Notes: generated by a model from the sequence alone, not told the origin. 62,278 nucleotides of DNA, filler included, from Dugesia japonica (GCA_001938525.1; 5 parts of 5 records of this genome joined end to end with filler, not necessarily neighbours in it); one strand, 5' to 3'. Shown: positions 26,715 through 40,678, numbered from the whole stretch's first letter. Numbers and translations: made by a program.

Positions 26715-27200
26715 AAAAATTGAACTTGTTTGTTTTTGATTGTTTTATCAATTTATTTCCCTTAGTATACATTTTGAAGATTTTTAACCGTGTTAGTCTT
26801 ACTCAGCATAAAGTTCTCTATCAAATAGATGTGTTTGGTTATGAAGTTTTTGATGTTATTATTTCTTCGTGGACACTTTCTCTTGATTGTTTTGATTGCT
26901 GTTCTTTTTTATATTGTTCTTCTTCGTGTTAATATCTTCTAAGGATAGATACCTCAAAGTCATGTGCATTGTGACATTTACTCTAAGTCTACTTTGGACT
27001 ATTCGGTATCCCGTTTTTATCCTTCATTTTTTAAGGCTGCAGTTGATTTCCTTTGTTATAGACTGTTCTTTATCTTAATTCTTTTCGTTAGATTTAATCG
27101 TAATTCAGATAACTAAGGATTTATTTATAAAAAATTTTAACATATCGTCAATCTTTATTATCCTCTTGCCTTTATCTTCTTTTGTGACCTTGTCGTCGAT
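26715..27200 (-). mobile_element. Possible decayed Penelope-like C-terminal fragment
   Basis: Frameshifted EQY..RESVHEE..NKLIKQSK only loosely resembles the PLE endonuclease tail. Confidence 0.3.
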
Positions 27201-27689
27201 TCAACGTAATTATTTTTATCGCCCCCACTATGAAAAATTTCTGGATCTGTCACTGATTCATACTATTATTTACATTCTTATAAATCTACTTTCGTGTTAA
27301 ATGTTTTTGCATGAAAATTTTTAATTATTAAATATTTTTAAATATATTTAATTTTCATTTGTATTAATATGTCGTTTTGAAGTTTAATGAGAAAACATAA
27401 TTTTGACAGATTTTTAAAGTTACATTAATTAATAAATAAAAAGTTTATTTTATTAATCTTAATAAAAAAAATTAAAAAACATACCATTTAACCAGACTAA
27501 GAATAAGAAATGAAAATAATAATCCATTTAATTATGAGTTATTAACAATCAATTATTCAAAACATTTAATATTAAAAATATATCTAATATCTGTAATTAC
27601 TAATTTCTCGTTAATCAAAAATTGAAACTATATTTCTAAAAACCAGAGTATTTTAAAAGTAATTAATTGTGTCAACAATTTTCAGAATA

Positions 27690-27933
27690 CTATTAGCCCT
27701 CTTCTTCATTGTCAAAAACTGTCAAACTTTCCGTAACTCCCTAATAAAATTTTGTCAACAAATTTTTACTCCTACCCACAAATAAACAATATTTTAACTA
27801 ATTTTATGATTTATTAAATTTATTGTTTAAAAAAATTGTTGACATCAATTTATCTTGGACAGTCTCCCTACCTTGTCAAACTTCTTCAAACCCATCCCCC
27901 TTATTTTGTTAACATAATTAATTGATGACCCCT
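27690..27933 (-). mobile_element. PIF/Harbinger-like MITE end
   Basis: Minus strand TAA-GGGGTCATCAATTAATTATGT is a Harbinger-type terminus next to TAA. Internal TTGTCAA repeats. Confidence 0.45.
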
Positions 27934-28889
27934 TATCTTACAGTAAATAAAATTTTTTACTTGTATATTGAATGAAACTGTTAAATAATTTGGCTTTGGT
28001 TCAATTACATATATGATTTCAACACAGAATAGAAAACTATACTAGACTTAATACTTATTTCTTAGGATGTTTAATTAATTTAATATTTAATGCAATTAAT
28101 TTTTATATAAAAAACGTTATTTTTAAAGTAATTTAAAACATCAAAAATAATTTATTTAAAAATAAATTATTTAAAGTTGTTTAGTCTGTCTTTTTCCATA
28201 CCTCTATAAAAGAACTTAATACTTATAAAAATGTATTGTAATAACCGTTTTTAAATTATGTAGTAATTAAACTATATATGTATTTGGGTCTCAAACATTC
28301 AAAGTGTTAGGACCACTATTTAAAAATAAAAATTCTAAGGCGAAAAATTAAAATTGTTGGAAGGTATTTATACAAATTTTTGCTCGTTGGTCTGCGTAAC
28401 CTTATAAATACATTATTTTTCAAAAACAGAAGTTATTTGCAATTATTAAGCCCTTTTTAACATAAAAATNTAAAGAAATAGAATTACCACGCATAATTGA
28501 AATAACATGGTAAATATTGTTATAGTTGATATTTTAAAATAATAAAATTAAATTACATTTAACCAAATTAAAATCAATAATAGAATTTCGAATAAAATGG
28601 AATTAAAGAAAATATAAAAATAAAATAAAAATTATTGTCAAGAAAAAATCAGCATAGTCATGTATACATATAAAGTATCTGTAAAATATTTTGATTCTTT
28701 TTTTCGATAAACCTTTTTTAATTTGCGTATTAAACTTTTAAAATTAATTCCACTCTTGGCAGAATTTATTTTTTATTAATTGCAAANAAATTTATTCTTA
28801 AAATATTTTCTTAGTTTATTTTTCGATTTGCTTTGTAAATCGTCAAATTTTTTGGAACTTTCTTATTGATTTATTTTTAATGCTTTTTC

Positions 28890-29300
28890 CGGGGTGCAGA
28901 GATAACTTCCCCCTTGGAAATAATTTCCGCCTGGAAATGATTTCCCCATGTAAATAGTTTTAATGGTTTGACACATGGTTTTCATGAAATTTAAGGGAAT
29001 TATGTGGATTTTGTGAATTTTAATGGATAAAAGTGATTTTCGACAATTTTTAGTGGTTTTATGGAGATTTATGTGATTTATTGGTACTTTTCGGTAATTT
29101 TAAGGAAATTGCAAGGTTTTTCGTGAATTTTAAGGGTATTGTGGGTCTTCATGAAATTTAAGAATTCATAAAATTTTTTAGAGGTTTATGGGGTTTCATA
29201 AAATGTAATGATTCGTGGATATTTTATGAATTTCAGAGGATTTATTGTGGTTTTATAAGAGATGTATAAGAGTTTTATAATGGTATTTTATATGATGCTA
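28890..29300. repeat. Degenerate tandem repeats upstream of the GPCR, probably transposon subterminal repeats
   Basis: Three TTCCSC..AAAT units, then ~30-bp TTTTCRTGAAWTTTAAGGG units. Confidence 0.55.
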
Positions 29301-29647
29301 TAATATTTTCAAAATTGATTTATTGGGACTTAAACATAATGAAGTATCTCAGGTTTTCTAATCTCTACAAGACACTACAAATTACTACTGTCAGCAACTT
29401 CCAGTTATACCACCTCAATTTAACACCAAAACAAACTATTTTTATTGATATAAAATCAACGTTTCCTAAAATCTTTACAAACAAGCAATGCAACATTTCC
29501 TAATAAATCTATTGATTAACCAATCAGAATTTGTATGAAATATAATTGGAGAATAAAATTTTCTTTCTAAATAATATTATTTGATTTATTCATAATTTCT
29601 GAAAGAAAAAATTACTTTTAATTTTATAACTGTTAAATAATATTATT

Positions 29648-30775
29648 ATGAATGTTAGAATAAAGATGAATTATTTTGCATTTAACGAAACTTCAAACTC
29701 GAGTATCTTTTACTATGACAATCAAATCAATGTAAGTAATACTATTTTTAGTATTATTATACCCATAAATTGTTCACTGAGTGCTATAATTACTATGCTT
29801 TTGATTGCTGTTTGCGTAAGAAAGGGAGTCATTGGTCCGAGCACCAAAACTTATATTATAGCAATATCGATGCTTGATCTATTTGCAATATTGATTTTAA
29901 TGTTTATTAAACTAGACTTGCATTATTCCAGTCAAAATTCTTATTTACTGATCATGATTAATTGTATAATTGAACTATTAGATATCATTCTTTTATCTTC
30001 AAATTGGATAACAACACTTCTAGGATTAGAAAGATGTGTTGCAGTTCGCAATCCATTTTTAGCTAAACGTATTACTAATCATCATCGATATTTAAGCATT
30101 ACAATTGTTATTGTAACAGCAACCATCTTAAGAATACCTAGCACTATTTTGGCAATATGGAAGGATGATATAAAATTTAATTCCATTGAAAACAGCAGTT
30201 ATGTATTCATTTATTCTAAATCTCAACAAAACCTTTTAACAATGAAACATATTCAGCTCTGGTTAATTGACTTTTTGACATTTTTCGTGATTCCGTTTTC
30301 AATTATGTGTTGGATGACTGTTGTATTACTTAGAGCAATTAGATCATCACAGCAATTTTTACAAAATAGAATATCAAATGAACTGAAAACCTTCAATCAA
30401 AAGAATGAACAAAAAATAACTATATTTTTATTCATTGTTTTATTAAATTTCATTATTTTTCAAGGACCACTGGCATTATACACAGGGTTATCATCAATTG
30501 GATTGGCCAATTATTCAATATTTAATCAATATCAATTTATTATCAGACCAACATGTGTTTTTATATTTTCTATTAAAAATGAAGCCAATTTTGTGTTATA
30601 TCTTTATCATAATTATCAATTCCGAAAGCGTTTATATCACTTAATTAATCCTCGTTTGAATAATCGATCTCGGTCTCTCGGAAGTAATGCTGCAATGAAT
30701 CTTTTAAGTAGTACAACTAGAACTGTCACAATTCCTTACAGATTATCAACATGTAATATTCAACAAGATTTGTAA
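29648..30775 (+). CDS. Intronless class A (rhodopsin-like) orphan GPCR, peptide-receptor-like, 375 aa
   Basis: Intact ORF with seven hydrophobic segments and N-terminal N-glycosylation sequons (NET, NSS, NVS). TM2 IAISMLD, TM3 LERCVAVRNPF, TM5 IPF, TM6 FQGP, TM7 ANFVLY and helix-8 FRKRL. Confidence 0.93.
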   Translation: MNVRIKMNYFAFNETSNSSIFYYDNQINVSNTIFSIIIPINCSLSAIITMLLIAVCVRKGVIGPSTKTYIIAISMLDLFAILILMFIKLDLHYSSQNSYLLIMINCIIELLDIILLSSNWITTLLGLERCVAVRNPFLAKRITNHHRYLSITIVIVTATILRIPSTILAIWKDDIKFNSIENSSYVFIYSKSQQNLLTMKHIQLWLIDFLTFFVIPFSIMCWMTVVLLRAIRSSQQFLQNRISNELKTFNQKNEQKITIFLFIVLLNFIIFQGPLALYTGLSSIGLANYSIFNQYQFIIRPTCVFIFSIKNEANFVLYLYHNYQFRKRLYHLINPRLNNRSRSLGSNAAMNLLSSTTRTVTIPYRLSTCNIQQDL

Positions 30776-31075
30776 AAATTTATATAATTTTTCCTATATT
30801 TGAAAGAATTTATATTATTTTATTTTTAGTTCATTTAGATTCTTCGTTTCATTGGAATAAAATTAATCAGTTTCTTTTTCTCATTTATAATCATTGATAA
30901 ATACAAATCTGTTGATGAATGAAATCTCTTATCAATAATATTAATGAAATTAGAATGATTAAATTATTATTTAAACAATAGATTACAAACCTCAATAAAA
31001 GAAATCAATTTATTAAGTGAAGATCTTTGAGATCATTAAAAAATAATAGCTAATGACAAAACAATAATAGAGAAT

Positions 31076-32098
31076 TGTTAGAATGACTCAAGGAATAAGC
31101 TTTTAGGTGAAATATTATGATATAATTGTATGGATATTTTATACATATTATAAATAATTATTAAAGTCGTATGTTGCATTATTAATATTTGACTGAGTTC
31201 AATTGCATAGCATGTTGAATAATAGGTCAATGTTTGTTTGCTGATTGAGGTAAGTTGATTGCTCAAGTCATAATGACATATTTATTCTTTCTTTTCTAGA
31301 TTTTCTTTAATAAATATTGGGTGTCTTAAAAGGTATTCTAACATGGTGACCGCCGATGGAAATGGTTACTTCTTTTGTTTCCACTCCACAAACATTCGAT
31401 ATTGGACACGATATACAAGAAAGTTTATTAGAAATAGCACGATTTTTTATCTAACAATGACTCAAGGTTTTGTTCAAAGGATATTTATTGGCATTTCTTT
31501 TTTAGATGCTGTGAAAGGATATGAGTTCATAGATAATTCCATTGAAAATTTTGCTAAAAGATCCAGAAAAGCTTTTGAAGAACCTGCAAATATTCGTAAG
31601 GATGAGTTAGCTTCATTACATGATCTCAAAAGAAATGAATCAATACATTCAATTTTCCACAAAATTGGTTTTTTTAGCAGATAATATAATGAGGCATAAT
31701 TAAATAAAGAAAAACATAGTCAGTTTTAAAAATAAATTTAGTGGAAAACAGCAGAAACCGATATTCTGATTCCAGAATATATGTTAATTGAAATGGACCC
31801 ATAAATTATTTCAATGGAAAAAGATTTAAGAGAGTGGAAAATTATTTTTCACACATATCCAAACGATGTTGGCCATGTAAAGATGAATAGAATGTCAGAG
31901 TTAATTGTTCAAATTTAAAATATTTTCAGTGTAATAGACCAAGTCACTTTAAACATCGATGTTATGAGATTCCGGATATGAAAAGAGATTATCCTTAATT
32001 CAATATTTCTGCGTACGATTAGCATTCAGATGATTTGATGACAGAACTATAACACACCAATTCCCAGAGGCCAAAGCTCTAGCAATAAAGGAAGTTGN
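31076..32098 (+). mobile_element. Gypsy-like LTR retroelement remnant, family B copy 2; LTR 31076-31343
   Basis: LTR has inverted ends TGTTAGAA...TTCTAACA, then PBS-like TGGTGACCGC and gag (RKAFEEPANI shared with copy 1). Confidence 0.75.
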
Positions 32099-32479
32099 NN
32101 NNNNNNNNNNNNNNNNNNNNNNNNNNNNNNNNNNNNNNNNNNNNNNNNNNNNNNNNNNNNNNNNNNNNNNNNNNNNNNNNNTGCATTACTTGAAATTAAT
32201 TTTTGTGACGATGTCTTTTTATATGATGTTAAGCTTAATAGAATTGTTTATAATAAAAGTAACTTTGTAAACAGTAATAATTATTAAAGTGGTAATGATA
32301 GTTATAACAATAATAATAATTTATCTATGATTAATAATTTTGATAAAGAAATTTATGAAAACTTAAATACTGTAAATAGTTGACCTATGATAAATTTAAA
32401 AAGTTAAAATATTGTTACATCATGTTTACATGATACTGTAGTGACATTAAATATGAATTATTAAAAAGATGAAAAAATA

Positions 32480-32670
32480 TTTCAATAATTGATTCTGGTA
32501 TAAATGTTAAATGTGCGGATAATAATTTTTTAAAAATTGTGGGAAAAGTATATTTAGATTTAAAACTTAATGAAAAAGAAAGAAAACATTCGTTTTTATG
32601 TTACTNAGGAAATCTTATCGCCTGCTATTTGTAGAATAAATCTATTTAATAAATTTAATATAAAACTCAA
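32480..32670 (+). mobile_element. Decayed retropepsin (aspartic protease) fragment
   Basis: SIIDSGINV..CADNNFLKIVGKV resembles the family A protease. Confidence 0.4.
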
Positions 32671-32776
32671 TTAATGAAATTTATAGTTAAAAATCTGTAA
32701 ATGTAATTTAATTTAACCACAAAACATTAGAAATTGAAAATATTAAAGAAAATATTTTTACAGCTTCATCAATGTT

Positions 32777-33140
32777 TCATTTTATATAAATGGAAAGTTT
32801 ATTTTGCTTCTCAAATTCTGGAATATTGATGAGCTTCATTGGCATCTTCTGTTCATCATAGACGATTTCATTTATAAAACTCTTGTATTTTTGCGGCCAA
32901 TGACGATTACCCCCAAGTAAATTGTACTTGACCACTGCCAAGCTGCTATAAAGAAAATATTTATTATCTGTATTACACACATTCACTATTGCTTTGCTTC
33001 GAACTAATGATTCTGAACTCTGAATATATGACCTACTTGAGAGATATAATACTGCTGAAAATTTCATCAAAATAAACCACAACTTCAGTATGCTTCTAAT
33101 TCTACATCCGCTACTGAGCTCTGAATAAATTGATATTTCT
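32777..33140 (-). mobile_element. Polinton/Maverick protein-primed DNA polymerase B ORF fragment
   Basis: SGCRIRSI..SYIQSSESLVRSKAIVNVCNTDNKYFLYS..KY..MPMKLINIPEFEKQNKLSI matches the SYI.LP..KAIINVKN.DNKCF..FEKQN.ISIN region of Polinton pPolB ORFs. Confidence 0.75.
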
Positions 33141-34254
33141 TCATTTTGTTAGGGAAAACACGTAAAATACTCACATATACATACTACACACACACAAAAC
33201 ACAAACAGACATGACATCAAATTCAATCAATAATTGGTCAATGCAGCACTCAATTCAATACCCGATGATCAACTCAATCAGAAGAACAGTAATCCATTTA
33301 ATCTTGCAAAATATTTCTCCTCATATAATGTGTTTTAACAATTAATTTGACAATTTATTCATATAATGGGTTTTAAAAATTTGACAATTTTTCAAAAATC
33401 GAACTGTTTACAATAATGAACATATTATTGATTTATTGTGAAATTGGATTTTATGTAATTATAATTACTAACTTTATCCTTGATATTGGATTTATTGATT
33501 TATTTCTATAAACAATCGGATTTTATTTAATTTTGTATAAATGTAAACTTTATTTATTTTTTATGGAAAATTTTTACGATTTTAAATAATCATATGACTT
33601 TAACAAAATTATAATTTTATTTATATATGATTTATTAACGGTCTCTAGTATAAATAGACACCACATTTGCATTATTTCCACCCTATATTTTTAGATTACT
33701 TAATAAGAGCTAAAGCCTACTTAGGTTGCAGCTCAGAGTAATAAAATAAAAACGCTTAATACGATTGTTATAAATCATTTATTTTAATATAAATTTTATC
33801 AAAGTAATTATTATTTAATTTAAATAGTCGACTATATAGCTTATTTACATTAATATTGATTATATAATAACGATATTAAGACATAAGGTCCCCATATAAC
33901 GATAATTTACAAGTTATTTGATTATATAATATATTAAAATCAGTTCATACTCACGCAATTGCCTTTTTGCTTTGGCAACAATCCCCAAAGCATCTCAACA
34001 ATTTACTTTCTCTGTTAGTCTTTCCAAAAGATCCATAGAATTGTTGGGGTGAAACACCGGATTAAGGCAAATATAATGGTATAGGTAGACACGAAATTCG
34101 AAAGATCTACATAAGAAAAGAAAATGAAGAATTCGGACCCAAGAAGGGCATAGTNNNNNNNNNNNNNNNNNNNNNNNNNNNNNNNNNNNNNNNNNNNNTT
34201 AATTAATTAANNNNNNNNNNNNNNNNNNNNNNNNNNNNNNNNNNNNNNNNNNNN

Positions 34255-34650
34255 GATAGAGGATAGATATTTAGATACAATTCTATTTGGAAAACTACTA
34301 TTTAGAAATTTAATTTTTATCAACCTGAAGAAAATCAGTACCATTTATTCATTTGAAGATAGTCTTTCAGATCTTATTCTTTCACCCTTGATTATTTCAT
34401 TTTTCTGTCTGATGGCAGTATTACTACTCCAGGGTAATATATGTCCACCGTGAAATGGTTTCATATAAAACTGGGTAAGTAATAATTCACCATGTTTATT
34501 TTGGATTAAGGTATCCAGAAAAGGAATCTAAAAGTCGATTGACTTCTCTAAAGTGAATTTAATGTTATTATTGATACTATTGGCTAGTTCTAAAATATTT
34601 TCTAAAAATGAATTAGTGACAAAGAAAATATCGTCTATGTGTTGAGGTTC
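34255..34650 (-). mobile_element. Penelope-like reverse transcriptase C-terminal remnant
   Basis: HIDDIFF (YxDD), IKFTLEK, IPFLD and YMKPFHGGHILPWSS. Confidence 0.75.
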
Positions 34651-34949
34651 CACCTGAGTTGGATGTAGAAAAAATTAGGCTGGGGGAAAAACCAGCCCTC
34701 AGGTTACCTTTCGAAGAATTTACCTATAGTCTCTATTTAAGTTTTTGGTCTAGTGTGGTTGACTTCCAGCACTTATATGGAGTACACACTCTACAACTTC
34801 TATTCGTGTTCAGAGTTCGCCTTAATTAAGACTCTTTAAAGTATTAACAATAAATTCGAAAGAAAATTTATTTTACATACATATTTTTAACTTCACATGT
34901 AATTTAACACCTCAGGGTCAAGCCACACTAATTATACCTTTTATTTAAA

Positions 34950-36819
34950 ATTGCATCACTAATATGTTTTTATGAAAAAAGTTCTATGTTTTTATCATCT
35001 TGTAAAAAAAAGTTTTAATTTGAATGTTGTATAATGCAAATATTACAAAGACTTTCCTCTTTGAAGTTTTTTTTTGATAGATATATTTTCATAAATGCAA
35101 CTCAGAAGCATTAAAGCTGCAAAACACATACAATAAAAATCATATTCATAGGAATGTTTTTATTAATAAATGCAATATGTATGCAGCTCAGATGCAACTC
35201 AGATGCAACACACTTACACTGAAAATCACAAGTCTGAGGATATTTAAAACATAACACAGCCGCCATTTTGATGTTTTAAAACTCAATATAGCCGCCATTT
35301 CGAATTTTTTTAAATGCAATAGATATGAAACTCATTTGCAACTCAAATGCAATACCTACATTAAAAATCACATTTTAAATAAATGCAATAGGTATGCAGC
35401 TCCGATAAAACACATATGCGACACACATGCACTGAAAATCACATGCCACTGAAGTTTAGATTGTCTCATAACTTGCAAAATATCAAGTGTGTCCCATCCC
35501 ATGCTAAATATAGTGGCTCGCCATTCAAAATTTCAAGATTGCTCATAACCATGCAAAATATCAAGACTACCCGATATCTTGTAATAATATCTTTAAAAAT
35601 ATCAAGACAACCCATACCATGTAAAATACCAAGACTCTCCGATATCTTGTATCAATATCTTACAAAATATCAAGACTGCCCGATATCTTGTATGATTATT
35701 TTTAAAAATATCAAGATTGCCCATATTACGCAAAATATAGAGACTCTGCATGCAAAATATCAAAACTACCCATACTCTTACATAAAAAATTAATTTTATT
35801 AAATTAAATTTAATTTAGTTTAATTATAATAAAAAGATTCCCCCCCATTGAAATGAAATATTACCAACCAAAATATTGTTTTTTGAATTTCCCTCCAAAA
35901 CATATTTTTTTAAATTTCCCGTCAAAAGAATTTTCAAAAATATCAAAACTCCCGTTTGAAAATATTAAAAAACAACCATTCCCTATTCAAAATACCGAAA
36001 AAATAACCAAAAATATATCAAATACATTTAAAAGTCATTACTTTTATTAAATTCATTAATTTAAGCAATATACATCATTTTTACCAAAATAAATATTTCA
36101 AAAAGTTATAAGGTCATAAATACCTGACAGAAAAATTTCAAATAAATCTTATAAAATACGATAATTAATTCCCTTTCCACACATACCAACCTCCACCTCA
36201 CGAACATTTTCTTTAACACACTTATACTACTTACAAAATAAACTAATCAAATTGAAACTATTAAAATAAAAAATCAAAGCAAATTCCACAACCAACATTT
36301 TCCACATCAGATTACCTTTCCAACAAACCATCAACCAAGAAATTCCATCAAACACACACAAACTTACAACCTCAAAAAAAACTACCCACGATAACTCATA
36401 CGACTGTGCCTGTGTGCCACCACCCTTGTAAGACGAACCATCCTTCCCAACTCATACGTCCTTTAGACAATATATAGACCAAATTTTTGTCCAACAACAA
36501 CCAAATCTTCAAAACAACAAAAAAATATTTCCAAAATCTCCAGCTCCTCATCGTTTTTTCACTCTTACACACACAACCACACACAAACAAAATTTGACCT
36601 ACTTTTTAAAAACCAAAACACACACAAAATTTAAAATTCAAAAATACACACACACTTTTAGGATAAAAAAATCTTAGAAAAAAAGAGCACAAAAATCATG
36701 TCTAAAAAACCGCAGATCAAGCGTGTTGTGTTTCCCATCCCCCCTAATCGCGGGAGGGGATGATTTAGAAATTGTGCCTGAATTAAATTGTGCCCGTGTG
36801 CCACCATCTATCTACTACT
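34950..36819 (-). mobile_element. Polinton long terminal (TIR) region with internal tandem repeats
   Basis: Ends GTGCCACCATCTATCTACTACT (5'-AGTAGTAG on the minus strand). Contains ATGCAACTCAGATGC and AAAATATCAAGAC repeat arrays. 34960-35450 is homologous to 38050-38450. Confidence 0.65.
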
Positions 36820-38544
36820 GTTGTTTGAAATATTTTCAACATTGACTTCAGCATTAAAGTCAACCATTGTTTATTTGAAATGAGTAAGGCCTAATGCAGT
36901 TATTGCAATTGATAGCAATGCTGCTATAAAACCACCACCTTGATTGTTCATTACTTGTCTAATTGATTTTTTATTTTTTTCGTTTACAAGTGTTAATAAA
37001 GTTTTTCTATGTTTCTACATTACCACGGACAATATTTATAATAATTTCAAGTAAATCATCTATAACATATAGTAAGAATGATTGTAAAATTCTCTTTCTA
37101 AAAGGTTTTGATGATTTAATCAAAGCTGTAAAAGGTTTTCATCTTTTTTGATCAAAATAATAAATACCATTTATGTTTTCATAATAGTTTTTCTGTTCAT
37201 CATTCTCAGCTTCTTTACACTTCTTTTTGCAAACATATTCCTTTTATTTACTCGTTGCTTCTTATTTATATAAGATTTCTTATGCGATTGTTCCTTCTTT
37301 TTTCCATACTTTTTCTTCTCAAAAGATATTTTTTTGACGTTTAACAACACCATCAGTTACTTGATCAACTATAAATTTCTTTAATTATGTCATTTTTGTA
37401 ATATTATGAAAAATTACCTATTTTGTTTATATATTGTGGTACCATTTGGATTGAATATATCTGTTCTTACTCTATAATCTTCTGGACATTATTGTGTAAA
37501 GTCAAGAAATAGATATCCATATGATTTTTCTGTGTCATCTTGAAATGATTCAATAAGAAATTGTCTGTTATTTGGATATACTTGTCTTGCTAGAAAATCA
37601 ACAACAATCTGATCTCTAGGATTTTTGAATAGAACCACATATTGCACGTTTAAATTGATTATCTCCTTGATGAAAAAGATTTTGAGAAATAAATATCACA
37701 CTAACAATACGATGGCTTGATATCTTTGTGAATAAATTATTGAAATCTTTTTCTTTATTTGCTTCCTGATAAAGATCATCAACAACAATAACATCACCTG
37801 GTCTTAACTTTTTACTCCAATTTTTATCAAAACCATTATTAATATTACAAAATTCAGATTTAGTCAATACGTGCTTCTCATCTTCACCCTTAGGTCATTA
37901 TATGTTTTTAAATTTAGACTTGAATAACTTTGGTTTCAATAAGTTAGCACTAGTAATATGTTTTTTATATGGAATTGTCACTAGTAATGTTTTTTATAGA
38001 AACATGTCAATAGTAATATGTTATTTTAGAAAATTAACTAGCTATAAGTGTTTTTGTATGAAAAAAGTTCTATGTTTTTTTATCATTTTGTAAAGAAAAG
38101 TTTTAATTTGAATATTTTATCATGTAAATATCACAAAGACTCCCCTCTCTGAAGTTTTTTGATATATATATTTTAATAAATGCAACTCAGATGCCACACA
38201 GCTACAACACACATACGATGGAAATCACGTGCTTGGAAATTTTTTATTAATACATTAGGTATGCAACTTAGATGAAACTGAGATGCAACATACATACACT
38301 GAAAATCACGCGATTGAGAATTTTAAATAAATTTTCCACCAAAAATTTTTAAACTCAACATAGCTGCCATTTTGATATTTAAAAACTTGATATAGCAGTT
38401 ACTTTGAATTTTTATTGATTTTTTTATAAAAATGCAATAGGTATGCAAGACTCCTTCATCTCATACATAAATATAAAGTCTTCTCAAAAGAAATACGCGA
38501 TAACTGCTTTTAAAATTGAGACAGTGCGCCACTATCCCACTACT
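36820..38544 (-). mobile_element. Polinton/Maverick fragment: terminus, packaging ATPase and small QGGGF ORF
   Basis: A32-like ATPase VIVVDDL..LFTKISSHRIVSVIFISQNLFHQG..VVLFKNPRD..LARQVYP..YGYLFLDF (37420-37867). Downstream NQGGGFIAALLSIAI. Terminus CAGTGCGCCACTATCCCACTACT at 38544. Confidence 0.85.
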
Positions 38545-38902
38545 AATATAACATTATTGAAGACATTAGAAACATTTTCTTTATTATTAAATTGTTTATT
38601 TAATAAAATTTACCTTTCTCACTAACTATTGTTTTTATATCTTCAAGCATTTTCATGTTATCTATAATATCGACTTTATATAATAAATCAAATTTAAAAA
38701 TTTTTTAGAAATAAATTAATTAAAAACATTTTATAATTTGTTGAAAGTAATAGTGAAAATAATAAAGATTAATGTAAAGAGAAAATTGTTAATATTATAA
38801 AACAAAGATCATAAATATAGGATACACTCGAAAAATTTTATTGATAAACGGTAAATATGTTATTTATTTAAAATTAAAGACATTTATTAAATTNNTTTAG
38901 AT

Positions 38903-39251
38903 CAGTGTTTGCCAAATTTAGGCAATCAAAAGGAATTTATGAACGATCAAAAGTGAATGCAGAAATAGTACGATTATTAATACACAATACAATTAATATT
39001 AAATGACTCAGTTCTAATCTCCAAATCGATTTATTCTTCAATTTGGAGGATAGGGAACAGACTTTAATAAAAAAGAGGTTTCATAATATCTTTGCTTTTT
39101 CTAACTATTTTTATTTTTATTCATATAATTGTGTTAATTAAACTGTAAAATTTTTTCAATGTAGTACTAAATAGGTAACAGAAATTAACGAATTTTTATC
39201 GGTGGGTGATTTAGTTAGTTCTATATGCCAAAAAGAGGTTGAGAAATACTG
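38903..39251. mobile_element. hAT-type MITE, decayed
   Basis: Imperfect TIRs CAGTGTTTGCCAAA and GTTGAGAAATACTG. Confidence 0.55.
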
Positions 39252-40678
39252 ATTCATATGCATACATTTCTTTTTGATTTGTTCTAGATAAATGATTATT
39301 CTTTATCATATTCATAATTTATCAATATCAAAAAAGGATTGCCTTTTTAATAAATTAGTAAGTTGGTTATGATTGGCAATCCGTCCAATAATAAAAAAAT
39401 GCGCTTAGATAAAAAGAAACTTAAAAGACGAAATTGATTGTCATACATTTTAAATTACATAGTTTCTATTCTTGATGATTAAATTCTTCTAAAAATGTGT
39501 TTTGAAAAGTTCTTTTGGCTTGGAAGCGGAAAGTCAAATAATTTTTTAGAACTCAAAATATTTAATAAGAAACACTTAATTTTAGTTGGGAATCGATTAA
39601 CAAGAGGCTTTTTAAAGTTTGGTTTGCGTTTCCTATACTTGCTAGACACAGTTGTTACACAATGATGACTAATTTTATTTACTTGACTTCATTGCTTTTA
39701 TTTTTTTTGTTTATGAAGTTGAAAGATTGCTGGTAATTCTGAGAACAGGCCATGCGTTAGAATTCATTTTAATCAGGTCCGGTTAAAGATTGGTTCAGAA
39801 GTTTTTCATCTTTAATCAAATTCAACTTAATTCAATATACATTTGATTAATATTTACTAAAATATTAATATTAAATATTCCTCTTAATTGTAACCAAAGG
39901 TAGTATATTGAGGATCATGCACAAACAAATAAATACCATTGAATTCTTAATATATTTTAGAATACCTTCATTTTGCAACTATTAATCTTGCAGTACTATA
40001 TTTTATACAGAGCGTCTATGCATCCTGTTTAACTTATTAAAAAATTAATTTTAATAAATTGACCATTTGCAATGAAATCTAATAGGTTTTTTATTTGATT
40101 TTTCCACGCTATTGCAGGGTTCACCAATTTGTCTTCTTGGATTGATATTATCATCATTTTGAGATTTTATGTTGGCATTTAAAAATAATTCAGAATGTAA
40201 ATGTAAATAAGTAAGTTAAAATTTTAAAAAAGTGTAAGGTTCATTGGAAAATGTTTAATATTTCTCATATAAATCTATATATGAATTATTTTCAAAAAAA
40301 AATCTGTATCATTAGTTTTGAGGTTTAAAATTTTGAAATAATTAGAATTAGACACAAACATACACCACTGGTTTTTTAATATATCAATCTATTGATTGTT
40401 GCAGACAATGACATTGATAGTAATTGGCTGCTATCAACAATTATAAATATAAATTAACTTGTAGATCATTTTAATTTAAAAAATTACCTTTTTCAATAAC
40501 TTTTTCATTTATATTTTGGAGTAAATTTTCATTATCTAAAAAATAAATAAACTTAAAATTTAAGGAAGATTTACTGCTAATTCTAAGGAAAGTTTAAATT
40601 CATCTTAATTATCTTAATTTATTCATCTAGAATAATGATATTAATAAATTTGTATTTAATTTTCACTACGGCTGTAAC

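Noticed and set aside
35416-36050. 125-aa and 65-aa ORFs, and a CRISPR-like appearance of the repeats
   Set aside because: These are translations of degenerate Polinton subterminal repeats. There is no constant repeat with unique spacers, no cas genes, and the context is eukaryotic.
39682-39752. Minus-strand MACSQNYQQSFNFINKKNKSNEVK as the first exon of the RERG-like gene, which would nest the GPCR in its intron
   Set aside because: The similarity is only a few residues, no G1 (GxxxxGKS) exon was found, and two contig spacers intervene.
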